A stretch of 64,000 bases of DNA from positions 157,790,001 through 157,854,000 of the forward strand of contig OX597816.1 in NCBI GenBank assembly GCA_951406725.2, written 5' to 3'. This DNA is from Octopus vulgaris. Its lineage: Eukaryota. Under the pieces are notes generated by a model, which saw nothing but the letters and a program-made list of their open reading frames with translations, was not told the origin of the DNA and did no database searches. This document shows positions 52,726 through 64,000 of the stretch, piece after piece. Positions within the stretch are counted from its first letter, which is position 1. Each line of letters opens with the position of its first letter. The position numbers were made by a program, and so were the translations under genes.

Positions 52726-54544
52726 CTAATGTGAATTAAAGAGAAATAAAAATAATCAGCATAAACTATACACAAACAACATAAAAAAATAATGTTTTAT
52801 TACCATCTTCATGAAAACTTATAAGAAATATTCAATAACAACACAAGAAATTCTTCTGTCAATTTAAATTAGACTTGATGTCTTTCAAAATTACTAACAG
52901 GTGGGGTAGCTGCTCTTCACAGGATTACTGAAGCTGTTGTATTTACGCTCTCACCCATTCTTAAAGTGCAAATAGCACTAAGATTTCTTTGGGGATCTCA
53001 GCAATACTCTCCTGTTTGAAGAAACCCAGAGACATCAAATCAAAAGAATAGTTTTTGATAAATATATAAAACCAAAAATGTATTTATTAATGCATTTATT
53101 TGTAGGCAAACCTATTTATAGTTCATACACATAAGTAGAGACAAACTATTTACAGGTAGCAAAATTATAGGGTAGAGTCATTAATGCATAGAATAGAATG
53201 CCTCCCTGTATTTGTTCTAACTCTTTGCACTGAGATCAAACTGTGCTGAAGTCAACTTAGATTTTTATCTTTCAGGCATGATAAAAAAAAAAAGTACCAA
53301 TCCTGGGTAGTGGATAGGTAGTGCTGTCAGAACATGAAATGGGATGCATTGCAATATTTGTTCTGGTTATTTGTATTCCAAGTTCAAACCCCACCCTGGC
53401 CTACTTGAAGTGGTGGTGAGATTTAATAATTTGTCAGTTTAACATCACCACATAACACCCTGGCTGCGTGCGACACTGCATTCTGTTGCAAGATATGTGG
53501 TTTCAGAATATCTCCTCTTTCACAATTTTTTTTTTTTTTACAGGGCTCCAATCTCAGAAGTCCTTAAAAAGAAATTCTGTGTTATCTTGCTGGAATTGAG
53601 TAAATGGATCATTGTTGTCTTTTAATGTCCATCTTCCATGAAAGCATGGATTAGATGGTTTGACAGAATCCAACAGGGTGGAGGACTGCACCATCCTCCA
53701 ATGTCTGCTTTGATGTGGTTTTCTATAAAGCTGGATGTCTTTCCTAATATCAGCCACTTTACAGGGTGTACTGGGTGCTTTTTTTTCTAGGGCCCCTAGC
53801 AGTATTGTGGCTGCCATGTAGCTTGCAAGACTAAAATTCCATTTAACTAAGTAGACTGCTGTAGAATGGGAAATAGCTTTATGCTGTGTGATGAGAGGTA
53901 AGAGAATGAAAGAAGGAGTTGGAACAGGTATACACGGCTAATTGCATGATACAAAAATGGGTAGTAACTGGAGTGGAGCTAGAAAGAGAAACAAAGATGA
54001 TGATGTACTATCAGAGTGAGCCCTCAAGGAACAAGAAGGTAAATAGGAGTAGGGATAGAAGAACAGGAAGGGGAGCTAGAAATAGCTAGAGTGTATGGAG
54101 AGAATGAGGGATGGTGAGAGAAGGGGTAGAGGGGAAAATATAATGAATGATAAAGATTGAGGGGTGGTTTGATGATAAATATCTATAAGGGATTATTAAA
54201 AAATGGTGCATTGAACAAAAATACCATGTTATTTATTCTGTATGAGTTACGCTCCTTCACACTAAAGAAAGACTTCATCATCATTATCATTGTTTAATAG
54301 CTGCTGTCCATGCTGGCATGGGTTTGACGGTTTGACATGGAGCTGACCAGACTCCAAATATATGTGGTGGCATGGTTTCTATGGGTCGATACCAACCACT
54401 TAACAGAGTGTACTGAGTGCTTTTTATGTGCCACTGGCACAGGTGTTTTTTATGTGGCACCGGCACCTGAAAGGTGCAAGCCTGTATGTGTAGAAGATAG
54501 TGATTATACTTAACTAGATGAGTCTTATCAAGTACAGCAAATCA

Positions 54545-55400
54545 ATCACCACATCTCCCAGACCCTTGTAATTTCTTCATTGAGGTCCAGTGTCTGAAGA
54601 TCCTTTCTCACTACTTTGCCCCACGTCTTCCTGAGTTTATCCTTTTCACAGGTTTCCTCCACAATTAGAGGTTGGCACTTCTTTATGCAGTTGTCCTCAT
54701 CCATACACATCACATGACCAAACAAGTGCAATCCTCTCTCTTGCACACAACATCTGATGCCTCTTATACCCACTTTTCCCCTTAAATCATTCGCACTCTG
54801 TCGTGCATGCACACTGGTATTACCCATCCAGCAGAGCATGCTAGCTTAATTTCTTTCAGGCCTTCACAAGTCCTCTGTAGTCAAACCCCATGTTTCACTG
54901 CCATGTAACATAGTTGTATGTACACAGACATCATACAATCTGCCTTTCATTCTGAGGAGAGGACCTCAGTTACCAACAAAGGTAAAAGCTCTCTGAATGT
55001 TGCCCAGCCCATTCTTATCCTAGCAACTACACTCTCAGAACTTCTTCCATCACTGCTAAAATGGTCTCCTAGGTAACAGAAGCTATCTACAACTACTAAT
55101 GACCCCACCAAGCATTTGAAGGAGTCTATTGTCTGTGCATTTTTAGTGCTTATTGTACCTGCACATTTTCCACACACAAAGACAATATTTTTCATTAACC
55201 TTCCTGTGATACCACTATACCTCTTATGTTTCCAAAGCTTGCACTGGGTACAACATATGGAGTTTTTACCAACACCATTCTTACATACTGAGTAGCGACA
55301 TTTCCCAGAAGGGATTGAGATTTCTCTGTTTTCCTACTCACTAGGACTTTGGTCTTTGCTAAATTAACTCTAAGGCCCTTAGATTCCAGGCCTTCTTTCA
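54545..55400 (-). mobile_element. RTE LINE fragment
   Basis: GLESKGLRVNLAKTKVLVS and FGHVMCMDEDNCIKK. Confidence 0.85.
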
Positions 55401-55778
55401 GTTGATAAATAGCAAAGCAGTGAAGTGATGGGATTGATATCATCGTTTAACGTCTGTTTTCCATGCTGGCATGGGTTGGAGGGTTTGACTGAGGTCTGGA
55501 AAGCCAGCGACTGCACCAGGCTCCAATCTGATCTGGCAATGTTTCTACAACTGGATGCCCTTCCTAATGCCAGCCACTCCGAGAGTGTAGTGGGTGCTTT
55601 TTACATGCCACTAGCACAGGAGCCAGTCAGGTGGGCCAGGCATCAATCACGTTCAGATAGTGCTTTTCATGTACCACCGGCACGGGACCCACTCAGGGGG
55701 CACTGGCATCGGCCACAGTCAAGTAAAACTCTTGAAGGAAGTGCCCAACCACAACCAGAGTTAAAATAATTCAAACTA

Positions 55779-56066
<288 letters not shown>

Positions 56067-57025
56067 TCAACCAAAACAGTAAGGGCTGACTCGATTGCAT
56101 ATCATCAATAGTGTTGTGCTGTCTCACTGGCAGAAAATAACTTCACTCATTATCTAGCCATCAACAATACCTCAATAAAAGTATCATTGAAAGGATTAAT
56201 TTATTAGTTGACCATCGAAAAACAATCAGAGATATATATCTTCACTATTCATAACTTGTTGTCTGCACTGTTGAACTATGATCTTTCCATAGGTCTGAAG
56301 AAAACAAGGGCCATCTCCTCTAAAATTCTTCTTTAAAATAAGACATGAAGATAAAACCTCGATGATCCAGTGAGCTTCTGAACATTACAACATGTTATTA
56401 TTACACCTAAGCTATGAATATAATGGAATTCTTGGAGCTGTGAGACTTAGTGAATGATGTGTTTGCCAATATTTCTGTAACAAGATTTTTGGTCCCACAC
56501 CAAACCTACAAGTTTTAGGAAACTACCAGCAGGCACTGTTGTTACATGTTCCACAAACATGTACATGTAAGATGTATGAAACTTTTCCATCATCATCATC
56601 ATTTAATGTCTGCCTTCCATGCTGGCATGCATGGGATGGTTTGACAGGAGCCGGCCAGGTCGAAGCCTGTACCAGACTTCTGTGACTGTTTTGGCAGGAT
56701 TTTTACAGCTGGATGCTATTCCTAACACCAACCACTCAGTAGAGTGGACTTATGGATAAATCTGTTTTGCTCCAGAGACCTAGGTATAGCTTTCAAGATT
56801 TGTAGAAAACAAAAGTTATCTAACCAATATCAAGGCTAACTACATAAAGAATACTGTTGATCCTATATGAGAAGAAAAAAAAAAAAAAAAACAGTTGTTA
56901 AATTACAAAATAATAAAGTCATTTATTAAGCATTCTTGGTACAAACTTAGAAATCCACTTCTCAGATTGCAACTGAGATATGAATAGTTTTATCTGTAGT
57001 AAAAAAAAAATTGTTACAAAACTTA

Positions 57026-57196
<171 letters not shown>

Positions 57197-57842
57197 TTAA
57201 AAAGATTAAAATTCATTTGAATATAAAACTCAGTAAAATATTCCTCTTAATTTAATAATATAAACCTGGTGCATCTCTTTCAATATTTGTTGTTCACAAG
57301 TTCAAGCACAATGGAATAGAATACCATTGGATGTAACTTTTAAGCAAGTGTTTACTTTCCCTCCCATATTTTACATGGTTATTGGTATGGAACTAGTGAA
57401 GTTAAGCAGATGGTGTCTTAGCAGAGGTATATGGCTTAGTGGTAAGGGTTTTGGTCGTGAGTTTTGATTCTTGGTAGTGTTTTGTGTCCTTGAGCAAAAC
57501 ACTTTATTTCATGTTGCTCCAGCCCATTTAGCTATCAAAAATATTTAGTACCCATATTTCAAAGAACCAGCCTTGTCATTACACTCTGTGTTAAGCTGAA
57601 TTTTTTTTTTGTGCCACACCTTGCATAAATGTCCTACTGTTAAAAGAAATTCCATCAAAAAACTTCCATAAAAAAATTGAAATTTATGAACTTAAAATAC
57701 TTATGAGAGAAATTAAGAAAAAGTTACAATGCTGATGAAAGAAAAATACAGACATGTGTTTGTACATAATGCAACATTCTTTGCTAATTCTTGATTAAAC
57801 TTATTAAAATAAACCCAAAATATCTTTCTCCTTTAAACTTAA

Positions 57843-58239
57843 CTAGCAGTATCGCCCGGTGTTGCTCGGGTTTGTAAGGGAAATAACTATATAAGCATTT
57901 TTAGGGATGTAAAGTATAATAGCCATCTCAATATGGCTAACCACAAGGCGGGGGGTGTTACTGTAGCTTTTTATGTTCTGAGATTTAATAATAAATTTTT
58001 AGAGAGTTACTTCCCTTATATATGCCAAAAATGCATTAAAAATGGGAAAAATTGATGGTAAATTATTTTTAAAATAGTAGACTCATCGTAGACGCGCGCT
58101 AATACCCAGAAGGGCTTGATATGAATCACGACTATAAGATACCTGGTTTTGGTTAAACTGCACCACAAAATGTGGGAGTAGATAGGAACCTAAATCGTAG
58201 GAGACAGACAGCACACAACCTCGCTTTTATATATAAAGA
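57843..58239 (-). mobile_element. Non-autonomous Helitron
   Basis: Minus strand starts TC, ends with the hairpin CCCGAGCAACACCGGG and CTAG; inserted between A and T with no TSD. Confidence 0.8.
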
Positions 58240-59231
58240 TTATATTTTCTTTACCTCTCAAAAAGGAAGAAAATGATGCATATATTTTTACACATGCATA
58301 TGTATCTAGACAAATATGCATACATAAATATTCAATAGATGTTATTTTGAGACAAAAATGAGGAAAATATTGCATTATCATCATTATTTAACATCCATCT
58401 TCCATGCTGACATAGGTTGGATGGTTTGATAGGAGCAGGCAAACCAGAGAACTGTACCTGCTCCATCATCTGCTTTGGCATGGTTTCTATGGTTGGATGC
58501 CCTTCCTAACACCAACCACTTTACAGAATGTACTGGGTGCTTTTTATGTAGCACTAGTGCCAATGGGGTTGCCAAGTAACTTGCAAGATAAAGATCTCTC
58601 AACTGAGAAAATACCAAAATGATAACTAAAAATGAAAGTAAATTTTTTCTTACATACAAAATAATCTACATTTAACAAAGCAAAGGATTTGAGTGTTTCT
58701 ATTAGAAGCAGTTAATTTATGCAATCACTGCTGTTATAATGCAGAAAGTATTTTGCCTAGTCCAGACTTCAATAACACTTCAATAAATGAGTTTCACATT
58801 TTTATCAATATAAAAGCTAAAAAATACAACATAAAAATGGTTGTATTCAGTCATGTTAGACATGCAATTATGGTGGGAAAATAACTGCAGATCAAACACT
58901 TGAAACATAAGAAAGAAAGAGAGACGTTGAAATTTTATAACTACATAAAAAATTAATGTAAGAAATATGAAATTAAAACAACCTATGGATTATACAAGTT
59001 AATTTGAAGATGGGAAATGTTAATTCATTTTGTGGAGTTATACCAAATAGACTGCGTACATAAATAAACTAACTTTCGTATTGCATACATATTAAAGATA
59101 TGACCTGAATGTATCATGTTATTTCATAGAGAGTTGTTTAGAATTTTGATAAACAGTGGAGGTAAAAATAGTAAAAAGTAAAGCTTTGAATGAACCTTGT
59201 TTTACACATGCACACAAAGATACATACATAT

Positions 59232-59640
59232 ACTCTTTTACTCTTTTACTTGTTTCAGTCATTTGACTGTGGCCATGCTGGAGCACTGCCTTTAGTCGAG
59301 CAAATCGACCCCAGGACTTATTCTTTGTAAGCCCAGTACTTATTCTATCGGCCTCTTTTTTTGCCGAACCGCTAAGTGACGGGGACGTAAACACACCAGC
59401 ATCGGTTGTCAAACAATGCTAGGGGGACAAACACAGACATGCAAACACACACGCACATACATATATATATATACATATATACGACAGGCTTCTTTCAGTT
59501 TCCGTCTACCAAATCCACTCACAAGGCTTTGGTCGGCCCGGAGCCATAGTAGAAGACACTTGCCCAAGGTGCCATGCAGTGGGACTGAATCCGGAACCAT
59601 GTGATTGGTAAACAAGCTACTTATCACACAGCCGCTCCTA
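59232..59640 (-). mobile_element. tRNA-SINE, family B
   Basis: Matches 32843-33285. Confidence 0.88.
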
Positions 59641-62355
59641 TATGTAAATTATATTTAACTTTTCATGTTAATATCAATGAACTGGTTGATATAAATTTAG
59701 TCATTTGTATATTGTTGGAATACTTGGTGCTATTGAATTAGACATGGCCTGAGCCAATTTTGGTTGAAACTTATCTAAGTAATCTAAATGACTCTCCTGC
59801 TATTAACCAGTCAAGCATGACGAGGTAAATGGAAGAATTTGACACCTACAAAGATTCATGCAAGTTTGTGTAATGAGAATGTACAACTTCCTTAATGCAA
59901 TCCTTAATTAGTAAATCTATTTATCCTCATCATTTAATGTCCACTTTCCATGCTGACAAGGGGTGGGTGGCTTGACAGGAGGTTGCAAGCGGGAGAGCTG
60001 CACCAAGCACCAATTAGCATGATTTCTGCAGTTGGATACCCTTCCTAATGCTAACCACTTTAAGGAATGTACTCAATGCTTTTTACATAGCACCAGCAGT
60101 TTATATGTAGTATCAGCAACAACCCAATTCATGCATTAACTAAAAAGTACAGAGGAACAGTTAGAGACTGATGAATTCATTTTTTTGCACCATAACCATG
60201 AAACCACTTTTTTTTATAACAACATACTATACACTAACATGTACAAGAGCCTGGTATTGAGACAATTGGTGTTAATTTTAATTTACAGCTTAGCAGTCAG
60301 AGATCAATAAAAGCAAAAATCAATGAAAATAATAAAATGATATGATTTCTCTCTCTTGTTATTTTAAATGAAATGTTATTGATTGAATTACTCTGTTTTG
60401 ATCTTAACCAGCCTTTGATGCCTAACTCTAAAACACCTTTACATAAATTCACAACAAATGACTAAAGTGTTCGCATAAGCTTAATGCTATTTGATAAACT
60501 GTTTTCATTCAAGTTCTTGTTCAAAACAAGTGGCAGTTTATCACAAACACAATTCCTTTTGTTTTACAAACTGACTTCCTCTTAATCACACAGATATAGT
60601 AATGTTGTGAAAGTACATGGGTTAGTGGTTAGGGTATTTGGCTAATGGCTGTAAGGTTGTGAGTTTGATTCCTGGTGGTATGTTGTATCCTTGAGCAAGA
60701 CACTTCATTTCACATTGCTCCAGTTCACTCAGCTGGCAAAAGTATTTAGTAACTATATTTCAAAATGCCAGTTTTATCACGTTCTGTGTCATGCTGCATC
60801 TCCCTGAGAACTATGTTAAGGGTACACATGTCTGTGGAATACTCAGCCACTTGCAAATTAATTCCATGAGTAGGCTGTTCTGTTGACCAGAACAACTGGA
60901 ACCCTCATTGTCGTAACCAATGGAGTGCCAGTTAGTAATGGTGTATCTAACCATTTTGCAACAAACTTGCCTCCCCCCCACCTTCCCTGGTTCTATCATA
61001 GAAGCTTCTTGTTTTAAAGTAATTGAAATTTAAACTTTCCATCAAAACCGCATTTTAATTTACTTCCCAAATAGCAACATAACAAAATTATTTGATTAAA
61101 TTCTTCCTCATTTTTAAAATGAAATGAAATAGAAGCAGAGTATTTCAATAGAAATATGGTAACAAATGAGATACCAGTCACAATCATCATCATCTTCGTT
61201 TAACGTCCGTTTTCCATGCTGGCATGGGTTGGACAATTTGACTGAGGACTGGCAAGCCAGGAGGCTGCACCATGCTCTAATATGATCTGGCAAAGTTTCT
61301 ACAGTTGGATGCCCTTCCTAACACCAACCACTCTGAGAGTGTAGTGGGTGCTCTTTATGTGCCACTGGCAAGGGGGCCAGTCAGGCGGCACAGGTAACGA
61401 CCACGCTCGAATGGTGTATTTTACATGCCACCTGCACAGGAGCCAGTCAGGCGGCATATTTTCTGACTGCTGCTGTTCTTGCTTTTGTTATTTAGTTCCA
61501 GGTCAGCTCTGTGATGAAACCTGTAATGAAACACTGTCTATCCCATCTTTCTGTATATGAAGGACCACATATTCAACGTGTCCTTCCTTTTTTTAAGATG
61601 TTAGAATGTGATTCGAGAGAATTAGGGTTATCATCATTATCATCGTTTAACGTCCGCTTTCCATGCTAGCATGGGTTGGACGATTTGACTGAGGTCAGGC
61701 AAACCAGATGGCTGCACCAGACTCCAATCTGATCTGGCAGAGTTTCTACAGCTGGATGCCCTTCCTAATGCCAACCACTCCGAGAGTGTAGTGGGTGCTT
61801 TTACGTGCCACCGGCATGAGGGCCAGTCAGGCGGTACTGGTAACGGCTTTATTTTTAGAAAATCAAGCAATGACGTGGAGGCTCCCACACTGGCTCACCT
61901 ATGTTGTTTGTGTCACAGGTAACTTTATGGTACAAGAAGGTGTTCTTATATTATTATTCACCACATCTTAATTGCTTGTTAATGGCTGTTGCAGGTCTTG
62001 AGAACTTTTCGCTTTCCAAGTTCTGAGTTGCTCCTTTACTCTTGCAGTCATCTTCATGTATTTCATAGATTTCAGCCACACTACCTTTCAACATTTATGC
62101 AAGGTCGTGTTATCATCACAATATTGCTGTCATCAACAAGGGTAACTTGAAAGAAGCCCTCAAGAGAGTTGAACAGCAGAAGGTCTTCAGAGAAGAAACC
62201 CACCTCAGGAAAATGTTTTGACCCTTAACTTCTTACACTTTAAGAGGACTGGGCCACATCTAAGTCATGACTACTGAGTGCCCTTGTGCTGACACGTTTT
62301 AGCCACTTGGGTATCAGAGACCTGTGCATTTAAACTGCCTGGAGATTTCACTTAG

Positions 62356-62670
62356 TTGTGACTACTCTTCATACTATGGCAATCCCTCAAGGTCAAGGAT
62401 GATGGTCTTCGCGCAAATTTATTGGTGAGTCCGCAGGTGACTGATAAGACCAATTCTTGCTCGAAAAGATCAGTCACAGTGCGGACATCTAGTGCCGGAA
62501 GGGCGAGTCGCACGTGGTTGTTGTTGTTGGCGCTCCTTCCATCGTCGTCTTTTCTCCTCCAGCTCTGCAGACCTTTTCGACTCAAAATTCGCCGTTCCCT
62601 CATGGATGGTGGTTTTCCAGAGTGGTCTGTTTTTTTGCCGTTTCCTCCCATAGAATCAGCTTTCAAACTT
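62356..62670 (-). mobile_element. BovB/RTE-like LINE 3' end with C-terminal C2H2 motif
   Basis: Minus strand encodes CPHCD*SFRARIGLISHLRTHQ*. Confidence 0.75.
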
Positions 62671-62791
62671 ATACTCAACGAAGAAATAACATTGGTTGTC
62701 ATGGTAGCAGTGAAACATCAACACTATCACAATGAAGGGAAAAGGTAAACAGAGGCCAAACAAACAAACAAAAAAATGTTAAATAACTTAC

Positions 62792-62894
62792 GTCATCACG
62801 GATGCTTCTTTAAGAAAAGTCTGCGCTGCTCTGTTTCTGTCTTTTAGTTGTTTCACAGCAACAAGCTGTTGGTTGTAGCAGCCTTTATATACAT
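62792..62894 (-). CDS. CSK: Csk coding exon, kinase subdomains I-III: (D)VYKGCYNQQLVAVKQLKDRNRAAQTFLKEASVM(T)
   Basis: Flanked by cag acceptor (62895-62897) and gtaagt donor (62786-62791) on minus; 103 bp, phase 1 to 2. Has VAVK lysine and the Csk-like AQxFLxEASVMT helix C. Upstream exons are beyond the window. Confidence 0.93.
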
Positions 62895-62940
62895 CTGTTA
62901 GTAAAATTAACAAAAGTGAAATATGAATAAATTACTGCTT

Positions 62941-63010
62941 CATTATTTACATTTGACAGATATTTGTCCTCATCAAGAAAAGGACAAATATCCATCAAAT
63001 GTAAATAATG
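62941..63010. repeat. Short palindromic repeat (30-bp arms) near a Csk splice acceptor
   Basis: cattatttacatttgacagatatttgtcct / aggacaaatatccatcaaatgtaaataatg. Confidence 0.75.
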
Positions 63011-64000
63011 TACATAATTCTTCATCTCTTAAATATAGAACTGAAACTGTTGCTTGATAAGAAGAACCTCTATGATAATGACCCAAAAGAGTGTTGTAAC
63101 ATTTTAATTAAAGTTTCTATATCCTAATGGTTCTTTTAGCTTTACAATTCTACAAATTCACATCTAAAAAGATACATTACAAATTGGATTTAAAGCATCC
63201 TCATCATTCTCATCACCATTTAATGTCTGTTTCCCATGCTGGTATGGGTTGGATAGTTTGACAGGAGCTGGTAAGGTGAGGAGCAGCACCAAGCCCCACT
63301 GTCTGTTCTGGCATGGTTTTGATGCTTAGATGCCCTTCCTAACACCAATTATTTTAGAGTGTACTGAATGCTTTTCATGTGGCATCAGCACCAGTGCTTT
63401 TTGCATGGTACCAGATGTTGATTCAGTTAACTATACCTTTCCTTAAGAAAAATATTCACTACTATTTTTATTTAACAAAAATCTACAAAACACAGGTATG
63501 CAGCTTTAGGGTTTTTTTTTTTTGTATTTCAAACACAGACATCATCATCATCATCATCAGTGGTGTCCTTTTATGCCTGTTTTCCATGCTGGCATATGTT
63601 GAACAGATTGTTATAGCTGGAACCAGCACATATTATTTTTAAGCTCTTTCCTGAGACTCTTAACGCTGATATCCTAGGTTTCTGTGATGGATATGTTCTC
63701 CACAAGATGTAATGTAAAATGAAGTGCTTTGCTCAAGAACACAATGCATTGCCTAGCCCAGGAATCGAAACCACAATCTTATGACCATGAGTCCAACGCC
63801 CTAATCACTAAGCCTTGCATTTCCACTATCTGGGGATTACCTAGCCAGAGGTTCACATCTCATTTGTTATTCATTTTTCATCTGGTTCCTATGGCTGGAT
63901 GCCCTCCCCGACACCAACCAGTTTACAGAGCACACACATTTTTTTAATGGTAACAGCATCAGAAGGGTATCATGTTCTCAATAATATTAAAGGATCTTCA

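Noticed and set aside
62422-62748. Plus-strand ORF with a hydrophobic stretch
   Set aside because: Antisense reading of the BovB-like fragment; no supporting gene structure.

Overview
AT-rich, repeat-dense eukaryotic (animal) genomic DNA. The SINE, RTE and Penelope repeat families suggest an octopus or other cephalopod; this is an inference from recall, not a search. It is not prokaryotic: no operons, rRNA or CRISPR. Two spliced genes lie on the minus strand. (1) The 3' six coding exons of C-terminal Src kinase (Csk) at 62894->47652 splice in frame into an intact kinase domain from just after the P-loop to the stop; the 5' part is beyond the right edge. (2) About 29 kb downstream is a divergent tandem Csk-like gene, with exons 18501-18470, a possible 18-nt microexon 17521-17504, 14253-14034 and 6615-6465. 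It appears to start directly at the SH2 domain (no SH3 seen), has a degenerate P-loop (DKGEFS for GKGEFG), and has no recognisable VAVK exon in the remaining 6.4 kb. It is a candidate SH2-only decoy or pseudokinase. The rest is transposon-derived: RTE LINEs with a PHD-like finger inside the RT, tRNA-SINEs, Tc1/mariner, hAT/piggyBac/foldback MITEs, Helitron/Helentron-type elements, CR1 and BovB-like fragments, a probable solo LTR, and Penelope-type repeats carrying minimal hammerhead ribozyme motifs, some in inverted arrangement. Repeat boundaries are approximate unless a TSD or TIR is quoted.
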